Source: Cyanophora paradoxa CCMP329 (taxonomy: Eukaryota > Plantae > Glaucophyta). Taken from it: a stretch of DNA of 64,000 nt. The position numbers and the translations under genes were made by a program. The stretch covers positions 128,816 through 192,815 of the forward strand of contig QPMI01000640.1 of the NCBI GenBank assembly GCA_004431415.1. Reading direction: 5' to 3'. The stretch's first letter is position 1, and each line of letters begins with the position of its first letter. Positions 1-10,309 of this stretch are shown piece after piece. Under the pieces are notes generated by a model that was not told the DNA's origin, did no database searches, and worked only from the letters and a program-made list of their open reading frames with translations.

Positions 1-3000
1 GCGGGCAGAGCGGGCTGGGAACCGGCAACCCGTCCTCGTCGCACTTCTACGGCGCCGAGTCGAAGAAGGCCATCGAGGCGGCTCGGAAGCAAGTGGCCGC
101 CGCGCTGCATTGCGCAGAGGATGAGCTCATCTTCACGAGCGGCGGCACCGAGTGCGCCCGGCGCTGAGCGTGCGCGTGCTGGTGGGCCCGGCCCGGCCCG
201 AGCGCCTGCGCGGCAGGTCGAACAACTACGCGATCAAGGGCTACTTCGCGGCGAATAAGGGGCGCGGCAACCACATCATCAGCTCGACCGTGGAGCACCC
301 GGCGGTCACGCAGGTGTGCGACTTCCTGGCCGAAACCGGTGCCGGCGCCCCGCCCGTCCCCCGCCGCCACGCCGCCCCTCCCTGCGAGCCGCGGACCGAC
401 CCGCCGGCCGTGCGCGGGGCGCGCGTGCAGCCGGGGCGCGGGTCTCGTACTGCCCGGTGGACGGGACGGGGCGGCTGGACCTGGCGGCCCTCGAGGCGCT
501 CATTACGCCAGCGACGATCCTCATCAGCGTCATGCACGCCAACAACGAGGCCCGCGCGCCGCCGCCGTTGCCGTCGGCCTCGCGCGCCCCGCCGCGCGCC
601 GCCGCCGAGGGCGCCCCGCACAGGTGGGGACGCTGCAGCCGATCAGGGAGATCGTGGAGATCGCGAAGCGCGGCGGCCGCAACATCGCCGTTCACACGGA
701 CGCCTCGCAGAGCGTCGGCAAGGCGTGCCCTCCCCGCGCGCGCCGCCGCCCGCGCGGCGCGCGGCCCGGGGCGGGAGGTGACGGCGGGGCGCCAGGTGCC
801 CGTGCGGGTCGACGAGCTCGGCGTGGACATGCTCACCGTCGCCGGCCGTGCGCGCCCCGCCCCCGCCGCCCCGCCCGCGCCTCTCCAGCGCCGGAGGGGG
901 GCGGGGCGGGGCAGACAAGCTGTGCGCGCCGAAGGGGATCGGGGCGGTGTACACGGGGCGGGGGACGGCGGTGGAGCGGCAGATGCACGGCGGCGACCAC
1001 GAGCTCAAGCGCCGCGCCGGTGCCCCCGCCCCGTGTACACCGCCCCTCTCCTTGCCCCGCCCTCCACCACGCGCCCCAGGCACCGAGAACGTGCTCTACG
1101 CTGTGGCCCTGGGGACGGCGGCGGCGGCGGCGGCGCGGGACCTCGAGAAGAACATGGCGCACTGCCGCCGCACCCGCGACCGCCTCCTCGCGCGCTTCAA
1201 GGAGGCCGGGTGCGCGCGCCCGGCCCCGGCTCCCCGCTCGCGCCCCGCCTGAGGGGGCGGCGGGCGGCAGGCTGGACATCCGGGTGAACGGGCACCCGGA
1301 GCACTGCCTGCCCAACACGCTGAGCGTCGGCTTCGGGCGGATCGAGGCCCCGACCCTCCTCTCCGAGCTCGCCGCCTCCGTCTCCGCCTCCGCCGGCGCC
1401 GCCTGCCACTCCGACCACAAGGACGCGCGCGCCCCCGCCGCCCCGCGCTCCCCGCCCCCTCTCGTTGCGCTCAGCGGGCGGCGGCAGATGTCGGGGGTTC
1501 TGAAGGCGATGAAAGTGCCGGCGGTGTACGGCATGGGCACCGTGCGCCGCGGCCCCCCGCCTGCGCGGGCGGCGCGGCGGGGGCGAGGGGGGCGGGGGGC
1601 GGCAGGTGCGGTTCAGCACGGGGGCGACGACGACGGAGGAGGAGGTCGACCGCGCCGCCGCCCTCGTCGTCGCCGCCGGCCCGCCCGCCCTCGCCCCCCG
1701 CCCCCACGCCCGCCCCGGCCCCCTGCCCCCTGACGCGTGGCGCGCAGTGAGGCGGCTGACGCCGGGGGAAGAGGCGGGGGCGGGGGACGGGGAGGGCGAG
1801 GGGGGGCCCGAGGGGCTCCCCGCCCTCGCCGACGTCCGCATGACGCGCTACACCAAGGGGCCCGCCCCGCCCCGCCCCGCCCCGCCCCGGGCCCCGCGTG
1901 GGGGGCGGAGCTGAGGGGGCGGCAGGATGGGGTGCGCGTGCAAGCTGAAGCCGCAGCTGCTGGAGGGCGTGCTGCGGGGCCTGCCGCGCGCCACGGACCC
2001 CCGCGTCCTCGTCTCCACCGAGACCTCCGACGACGCCGCCGTGTCCGCCCCCCGCCCGCCCCGCCCCTCCCACGCACCGAGGCGCCCCGGGGGCGCCCGC
2101 AGGTACAAGATCAGCGACGAGCTGGCCGCCGTGCACACCCTCGACTTCTTCACCCCCGTGTCCGCCCCGCCCCGCCCCGCCCCGTCGGCGGCCTCTGGGT
2201 GCGGGGCCGAGGTGCGGGCGGGGCGGCAGGTGCGACGACCCGTACGAGTTCGGGGCGGTGGCGGCGGCCAACGCGATCTCCGACGTCTACGCGATGGGCG
2301 CGACGTGCGCCGCCCCTTCGCCGGGGGCCGGGGCGTGCGGTGAGAGCGGCGCAGGCCGGCGACGGCCCTCTCCATCGTCGCCTTCCCCTCGCTGCGCCTC
2401 CCCATCACCGCCCTCCAGCGCATCCTCCAGGCCGGCCCCCGCCCCGGCGGCTCCGGGCGCCCTCCCGCGGGGTCGAGGCGGGGCGCAGGGGGCGGCGGAC
2501 AAGTGCGCGGAGGCCGGCGTCTCCATCGTCGGCGGCCACTCCATCGACGACCCCGAGCCCAAGGCCCGCCCCCCCCCCCCCCCCCACCCACCCCCACCCC
2601 CCCCCCCCCCCCCCCCCCCCAAACCCCTCACCTCTCCCTCCGCCCCTCGCCCCCGCCCGCCTCGGCCCGCCCTGGCCCCGCTCACCCCTCGCGCAGTTCG
2701 GGCTCTCGGTGACGGGGTACGGGCACCCCGAGCGGATCCTGCGGAACAGCAGCGCGCGGGCGGGGGACGTCGTTGTCCTTACGAAGCCCATCGGCGCGCC
2801 CCGGCAGCTGCCCCCGCAGCGCACGCCTCGCCCGCCCCTCACGGTCACCGCGGCAGGGACGGGCGTGCTGACGACGGCCACGAAGCGCGGGGTCGCGTCG
2901 GCGGAGGAGGCGGCCGCCTGCGTGCGCAGCATGGCCGAGCTCAACCGCGCCGCCGCCGAGGCGCCCTCCCCCCCGGCCTCTTCCGCCGGGCGCCGCTGAG

Positions 3001-3605
3001 CGTGGGCGGGGCGGCAGGCGATGGCGGCGGTGGGGCCGGCGGTGCACGCGGCGACGGACGTGACGGGCTTCGGCCTCGTCGGCCACCTCCACGAGATGAC
3101 CGCCGGCTCGGGCCCGCTCCACGCCCCGCCCCGGCCCTTGCCCCCGCTCAGCCAGCGCCTCGCAGGCTGGACGCCGAGCTCGACTCGGCGGCCGTGCCCT
3201 CCTCCCCGGCGCCTTCGCCCACGCCGCCGCCGGCATCGTCCCCGGCGGTGCCGCCCCGCGCCGCCCCTCGGGGCGGCGGGGGCGGCTGAGGGGCGCGGGG
3301 GCGGGGCCAGGGACGGTGAGCAACATGGAGTACGCGGGGCGGTGGGTGCGGTGGGGCGACGGGGTTGGGGAGACGACGCGGGCCCTCCTCTGCGACGCGC
3401 AGACCTCCGGCGGCCTCCTCCTCGCCGTCGCCCCGTCCGCCCTCCCCCCGCCCCCGCCCCGCCCCGCCCCCGACTCCACCCGCCCCGCCGCGCGCAGGAG
3501 TCGGCCGAGGCGCTGCTGGCGGCGCTGCGGGAGCGGAAGACGCTGGCGGCGGCCGCCGTCGCCCGCCTCACCGCCCCGGGGCCTGGCATCATCACCGTCC
3601 GGTAG
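1..3605 (+). CDS. NifS-like cysteine desulfurase/selenocysteine lyase fused to selenophosphate synthetase (SelD/SPS, Cys form); about 21 introns in window, 5' end outside window
   Basis: Spliced exons give GNPSS.H, IFTSGGTESNN, EHPAV, MHANNEVG, HTDASQ, AGHK (PLP Lys) and SAGAACHS (catalytic Cys). A linker then leads into RMTRYTKGMGCACKL, DDAAV, TLDFFTP, AAANAISDVYAMG, GGHSIDD, LTKPIGTG, ATDVTGFGL.GH and DAQTSGGLL. Stop TAG at 3603-3605. About three 1-nt homopolymer discrepancies at 3110-3500. Confidence 0.93.
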
Positions 3606-5129
3606 TCCTCTAGACTGGAAGCTGCCTGGGCCCGTTTCCTAATTTTAATTATAACCGACTCGGCGACGGTGATGGCGCCCGCGCGGGGCCCCTGGGCGCC
3701 GGCGCCAGCGAGGAAGGGCCGCGTTAGCGAGCGGCATTTGATATAAAAGGGCCACTGACTTGCCGCGCGCGTCAGTTGGGTCCGGGGAAGGGCATTTAAC
3801 CTCGGCGAATCCAAGATCTAGATGCGCGCATGCAGAGGGCAGCTGCAGGGACTTAAACTAGCGCTTAATTAAGCTTAAGAAGGCGCGCGCACGGTGGCCG
3901 GGCGAGCCGCTGGGCCGGCTCCGGCTGAGGCTGGCCATGCCAGGCGAGCTCAGCGGCTGCAGCTGTCCTCGCGATCGAGGCGAGCTGTCCTCTTAGAGGT
4001 AGGCCTCATGATCGGGGCCTAGCGAGCTAGCTCTAGCTATGTAAGGCGCGGGCCTTGAGAAGGGGGAGGGAACCTTGTCTGGCCATGGACGTGCTCCAGC
4101 TCCTGCAGCTGCCAGGCTGCGCATGCCCCGTGGCCGTCGCGCGCGGAGGCGTGGCGGGTGCACGAGTGCGCATGTGCTGCGGGTGCACGTGCGTCACGGC
4201 GTGGCTACATAGCTAGGGGCTGGCCGGCGCCTCGGCCTCCGCGCGATCTGGGCGCGGGCACGGGGACGCTGCTCAAGCTCACGTTCCGCTCAAAAAGCGG
4301 CGCAGCGGGCCAGCTCATGATCAGCGGCGCCGGCTGCATGCGCAGCAGGCATGCGCATCGCGCGCGCGCGGGGCTCTGCGTCGCGCAGCACGCGCGCCGC
4401 GCTGGCATCGGCTTGTTGGAAGTGGCATAGCCCGCCAAGTGCGGCCGGCTTGCGGCCGGCTTGTGCAATTGCGTCGGGGCGCGGTTGGCGCGGGTGAAGC
4501 GTGCGCGGCTGGCGCGGCTAGCCGCTGAGCCACAGCAAGCTGCCGCGCGGGCGAGAGGCGTAACCATTGTTGAGCCGAGCCGAGCTGCGGCGCCCGGGGG
4601 AGAAAGCGGCCGGGGGGTACTTTAAGAGGTTTTCTCAGGGTAAGTTCGCACTCTCCAATGTGATTGGCTAGCGCGCGCGGCGTCCTCCCACGCGACCGCG
4701 TTCGCGCCTGGCCTCGCTCTCGCAGTACGGAATGTCGAACATGATGCGCGCAACGACCTCGAACTGGTCTGGCCCGTATATCTGCTCCCTGTGCGTCGCT
4801 GGACCCATTTTTGTCCCGGGTGTTGGTGCCTGTTCCTGGATCACCCTTTGGTCGGACGGGACCGGGAGACATGGTTTCGGGGTCCCCTGGGGATGCGCTT
4901 TCAGGGTGTACCGCGCGGCCCCGGTTTTGCGGAGGTCGGGGAAATGGGATTTGGGGTAGGGTTGGACCCAAGGGACAGGGACAGGGGAAGTGTTTTACCC
5001 TTCCCCAATCATAATTACATGCAGGCAGCCGCTCGAACTGTCCGATCATCTGATCCGTCGCGGGGCTAGCGCTACAGGAACTGATGCAAGGCGGGTACAT
5101 CAATTGAAGAAGGGGGCTACAGGCAAACA

Positions 5130-7328
5130 ATGCGAGCCCGCGGCCGCCCGCGGCCGGTCGCGGCGTCGGTCGTGCTCGCGCTGCTCGCCGTTGCGATTCT
5201 GTGCGCGGGGCAGGAGCCGAGCGATTGGCGTACGTTACCCGCACCCTCGCCGAAGCCGCCGCCGCCGACTGCGCCGCGAACTGCCAGAGGTCCCGGAGTG
5301 CGAACCGCTCACAACGGACGTTCATGCCTTCTTCTACAGCTGGTATGGCAACCCGCAGGTGCGAGACACGCTCAGCGCCGACGGGTCGCCGGCGCGCGAG
5401 TCGCAGCTTTAAGCTGCGATTGCGATTTAGTCTATATTAGAAACGACTGCGATTACAAACGACTCGCGGGGGGCCCACGCCGCAAAAGCTTTTGCGGCGT
5501 GGGCCCGCCCTCCACCGTAGTCGCAGCTAGCTCCTGCGCATGCGTTGTCCGCAGCTAGCCTGCTCGTGTTACCGCTAACCGTGCACGAAATAGCTAACCG
5601 TGCGACGCGCACAGGTCGACGGCAAGTGGATTCATTGGTGCGGGCCAGCGCTTCGATCGCTTCAGCTGCTTTCGCGCCATCAAGCTTGCCGCTGACAGGG
5701 ACCACGAGTTTCTGAGGGAAGAGAAGACACGCGGCCGGCACGACCCGGACAGGGGCGACCTCGGTGCGCCCCGCAACGTTAACGCCGAGCTCACGCTTGA
5801 GCGCGGCAGCGTGACGCTGATTCGGGGCCGGGCGCAGCGAGCCCGTACTACCCCGCCCTCGGCGCGTACTCGAGCGCGGACCCGGCGACGGTGCGCGCGC
5901 AGCTGAAGCAGGTGCGCGGAGGCGGGCGCGCTCGTCTCGCCGGCGCGCGATTCCGGCGGCTGCAGGTGAAGTGCGCGGGGATCGGCACCATCTCCTACTC
6001 CTGGTGGTGCGACAACGACCCCGCCCAGAGCCGCCCCGCGCGACTCGCGGCGCGAGGCGGTGCGGGCAGGGGCCGGGGCAAGGCGGACGGGCAGGGCGGG
6101 TTCACGGACCGGATGCTCAACATGACTCTGGCCGTGGCCCACGAGGAGGGCGTCCTCGTCAACATCCACGTACCCCCCGCCCCGTCTTCCCCCCCCCTCC
6201 GCCTCACGCTTCCCGGGGCAGCTGGAGCCGTACGAGGGGCGGAGCACGGGGACGATCCGGGAGGACCTGGGGTACATCGCGGCGAACTACGGCTGGAGCG
6301 CCGCGCTGCAGCGCGTCGAGGGCCGCCCTGTGCTCTACGTCTACGACAGCTACCACATCCCCTACGCCGACTGGCGCGAGGTCCTCCTCCCCGGGTGGCC
6401 GCCCCGCTCCGCCGCAGGCCCGGCGGCGCGGGGCTGATGCGGGGTGCGGGGGCAGGGGCGCGGGGAGCGTGCGGGGGACGGGGCTGGACGGCTTCTTCGT
6501 GGGGCTCGTCTGCGAGCCCGGGGACGACCGCGCCGTCCTCGAGGCCGGCTTCGACGCCGGCTACTCCTACTTCGCCACCGTCCGCCCCGCCCCGCCCCGG
6601 CCCGCACGCAGGCTCCCTGCCGCCTCACGGCCGGCGCCGGCGTGCGGCGCGCGCGCAGGAGGGCTTCACGTACGGCTCGACGGCGCGGCACTGGCCGCGC
6701 TTCGTGCGCGAGGCCGAGGAGCGCGGCCGCGCCTTCATCCCCTCCATCGGGCCCGGCTACGACGACCTCCAGGCCCGCCCGCCCCCGCCCCCGCCCCCGC
6801 CCGGGTGCGAGGGAGGGGGCGGGGGCAGATCCGGACGTGGAACGGGGTGAACCTGCGGGAGCGGGGCGCCAACGGCGAATACTACGAGGCGATGTTCGAG
6901 CAGGCGATGCAGGCCCGGCCCCGCTTCCTCACCAGTGCGCCCCGCCCGCGCCCGCGCCCCGCCCCTGCCGCCCCGCGCCGCTCGGTCGGTGAGCCGGGGC
7001 GGGGCGGCAGTCACGTCGTTCAACGAGCAGGGGGAGGGGACGGCGATCGAGGCGGCGGTGCCGCGGAAGGCCGCGGGGCGGGGGTACAAGGACTACGGGC
7101 CGCACGGGCCGGACTTTTACCTCCGCAAGACCCGCGCCCTCGTCGCCCGCTTCCTCGAGGCCCGCGCCAGCTGGTGCCGCGCCCCCCCTCCCCCCCCCTC
7201 CCCCCCCCCCCCCCCCACCCACCCACCCCACCCCCACCCCCTTCCCCCGCCCCGCCGGCTTCTGAGGGCCCACCCTGCGCAGGTACCCCGCCCTGTACGG
7301 TGCAGGCCCCGGGGGCGACGAGCTGTAG
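5130..7328 (+). CDS. Glycoside hydrolase family 99 endo-alpha-1,2-mannosidase-like protein
   Basis: Hydrophobic N-terminus. Spliced motifs VHAFFYSWYGNP, YYPALGAYSS.D, HLEPYEGR, YVYDSY, GFTYGST, FIPSIGPGYDD, TSFNEQGEGT.IE, Y.DY. Last exon 7283-7328 ends GGDEL-stop. Confidence 0.9.
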
Positions 7329-7993
7329 ATATCGATCTGGCCTCGGCGAGCGCATGCATATGCGCAGGCCTAGGAGGGAAACGTGCAGGTGTATGGCCGG
7401 GGCGGGGGCCGCCCGCGGCCGCGCACCGCCGCGCGGCCGAGTCGCGATCGAGCACTGCCGCGCCGGCAAAGGCACGCCATGCATATGCGCATGCGCACTC
7501 CGCGTGACGTCGACGCGCGCCGGCCGCGGCCGCGCGCCGAAGATATGCAGCGAAGATATACGCGCCGGGCATGCAGCGAAGATATGCGTATCGGTCGGTG
7601 CGCTCTTGATGAGCTCACCGCGTGCGGAGGCCGCCGGGGATCCCATCGCTGCAGCGCTAGCGCTAGCGCGGATCCGGAGCCGACCCTCGCTGCCTGGGTA
7701 GAGGAACTTCCGGAACAACTTCCTGGGGCATTTCTTAGTTGCTTCCGGCAATCGATCGCCCGAATCAGAGACTTGTAGCCGACTAAGCCGGTGCGAGTCA
7801 GTGTCATGAGAGCGACAGCGGCGAACGAATAGCGCCGTCGGCAGCGTTCGCAAACCTCCGGCAGCGCGTCCATTCCGGCAGCATGCTGCTAGCGCTGTGA
7901 GCCGCCCGCCGTCGGCCGCGGACGTCGGCCGGACTGGATCGGACGAGTGTTTCGGGCCGCGGGAGTGCAGCGATCGATATCCGTCTCGCGCGC

Positions 7994-8533
7994 ATGGCGA
8001 ACGTCGGGGAGCGAGTGCTGATAATGGTGCAGTCTCCGACGCCGGTGCCTGCGCATGCGGCCGGGGGCGGCGGCGAGCTCGAGCTCGAGGGGCTGCGCGC
8101 CTGCGCCGGCGCCGATGGCGGCGCGCCTGCGCCGGTTCCCGAGAGGGGCGCAGCGGAGCTCGACCTGGGGCCGCTGGACGGCCTGCGGGCCCTCAGCGCC
8201 CTCCTGATCGCCGCAGGGCACCTCTTCTCTGGCTGGCTCTACACCGGCGGCGGCCTCGACGGGCCCCAGGCCGCCATGCGCGTGTACCCCCTTGACCTGA
8301 ACCTCCCTGTATCCCTCTTCATCGTCCTCTCCGGCTTCACCCTGACCGCTGTGTACCCCAACGCGAAATCTTCCCCACGCGCCGCCCTCACCTTCTTTGC
8401 CCGGCGTCTCGTCCGCATCGTACCCCTCTACCAGTTCTCCCTGGTGCTGGTCGTACCCGTCACGATCCACTATAACGAGGGCTTCACGCCTGGCCTCTTC
8501 AAGGTACGGCCTCGTGGCCTCTGGACCTCGAAG

Positions 8534-8567
<34 letters not shown>

Positions 8568-10110
8568 GCTCCCGCCCCCTCCACCCACCCTCCCCCCTCC
8601 AATCCCCCCTCCCCTTCCCTCACCCTTTCCCTTCCCTCCTTCCTTCCCCGCACCAGCACCCCCCCCCCCCTCCCCCCCTCCCCCATCCCTCCCCCTCCCT
8701 CCCTCCCTCCCTCCCCCCCCCCCCACACACACACACCCTCCCTCCCCTTCGGCCGTGGTCGCCGCCCCTTCCCCCATCTCCAACCGCACCCGCTACCCCG
8801 TCCCCCACTCCTCCCTCGCACTCTCCAACCCCTTCGCGCCCACTGCACCTGCGCCCCGGCCCCGTGCGCCTGCCCTGACACGCCCCCGCAGATAATGGTT
8901 ATCACGGCACTCGGCATGCAGTCGCTCGTCGCCGACTGTGCGCTGCTCTCAATGGCTCATTTACTCTTTCTCGCGGTCACAGCTGACGGGGCGCCGCGCA
9001 GCCCAGTCGACCTTCAACGGGCCCCTCTGGACCGTCAGCGCCCTCCTCGTCTGCTACGCTCTGTACCCCTTCCTCCTTCGCGCCCTCCGCTCGCGGCCGG
9101 CCGCCGCCCTCGTCGCCCTCCTCGTGCTCCTCTCCGCGGCGACCTACCGTCTCGCCTGCGAGCACGTCGCCGAGAAGGGCGTCGCGGGGGTCGCCTTCCT
9201 CCACCTCTTCGTCGCCTACCGCGTTCCAGGGGTGCCCCAATTCGTCTCTTTTCCCCGCCCCCCGCCTCCATCCCCCCTCTTTTAATTTCCCCAAACCTCC
9301 CCCTGCTGGCGCGCACCAACGTCGGCGGGGCGCAGTTCGTGTGCGGCATCTGCGGGGCGCTGCTGGCGAGGGGGCGGCGGCTGCCGAGGCCCTCCCTCGT
9401 CTCCGAGGCGTGCTCGGCCTCTGTCCTGGCTGTGCGCCCCCGCCGCTCGTCTCCGCTCGCCTCCCGATCCCAAGTGGCGGCTGGGCGCGCGGGGCGCCGG
9501 CGCAGAGCCTGGCCTACGTGATGGCCACCACGCGCGGCAACTTCCGAGCGTTCACGGAGCTCACGGGGTGCGCATGTGCATCTGCCGCCTCTGCCCCCGC
9601 GCCCCGCCGCGCCCCCGCCGCGTCCTCGCTGACGGCGGCGGCGGCACCGGCGCAGCACGCTCGAGTTCGCGCTCGTGCCCCTGCACTGCTGCTGGCTCTG
9701 GGCCCTCGCCTCCCCGGGCTGCCGCGGCCCGACCCGCTGGGCCCTCGGCTCCCGCCCGCTCCGCCGCCTCGGCGCCGCCTCCTACGCGCTCTACTGCCTG
9801 CACATGCCGGCCACCTTCCTGATGGCGTGGGCGCTGGGCGGGGGCCCCGCCGCCGTCCCCCTCCGCTACGTCGGGGACCACCACGGTGCCGTGCCCCAGC
9901 GCACCCCCGCACCCTCCCCCAGCTCTAGGTCTAGACCTCCTCGAGCTGATGTACCCGCGTATCGCGATCGGTCCAGGCTGGTTCTTCTTCCCACTCTGGA
10001 GCCTGCCCCTGCTCCTCGCCGCATTCGTGGCCATCGCGCTCGCGGGCCAGAGGTTCGTTGAGATCCCGTGCCGCCACTGGGCGCTCTCTCGATTCGCTTG
10101 GATGAAGTAG
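7994..10110 (+). CDS. Acyltransferase family 3 (OafA-like) multipass membrane protein
   Basis: LDGLRALSALL..H, SLFIVLSGF, FFARRLVRIVPLY, NGPLWTV, LGAASYALYCLH and FVE.P motifs across spliced exons. Confidence 0.85.
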
Positions 10111-10309
10111 TGGGCTTGGATTCGCTTGGATTTCGACAATGCTAGTATTTGGGATTGCAGTTGTAAGTAACAACATGCAGAAGAAAGCAAGATTGAGACG
10201 AAAACCTACTAGGCTATAGCTATATAGCTAGTGCTAGTACGCGGCTGCAGCTGCAATATTTAATCGCCGAGTTCGGCGGAGACGATAAAGGGCGCATGCG
10301 CAGATCTAG

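Noticed and set aside
1905-1945. Selenocysteine UGA in SelD and a 3' SECIS
   Set aside because: The nearby TGA lies in the intron branch-point motif. The spliced active site reads TGC (Cys), so no recoding is needed, and I see no convincing SECIS.
4590-5030. Possible transposon/Helitron end (hairpin GGGGAAG..CTTCCCC near 4984-5006)
   Set aside because: No CTRR terminus, TIR partner or TSD found.
7994-10110. Acyltransferase-3 as a plastid peptidoglycan O-acetylase
   Set aside because: No transit peptide or SGNH domain is visible, and the family is widespread in eukaryotes.
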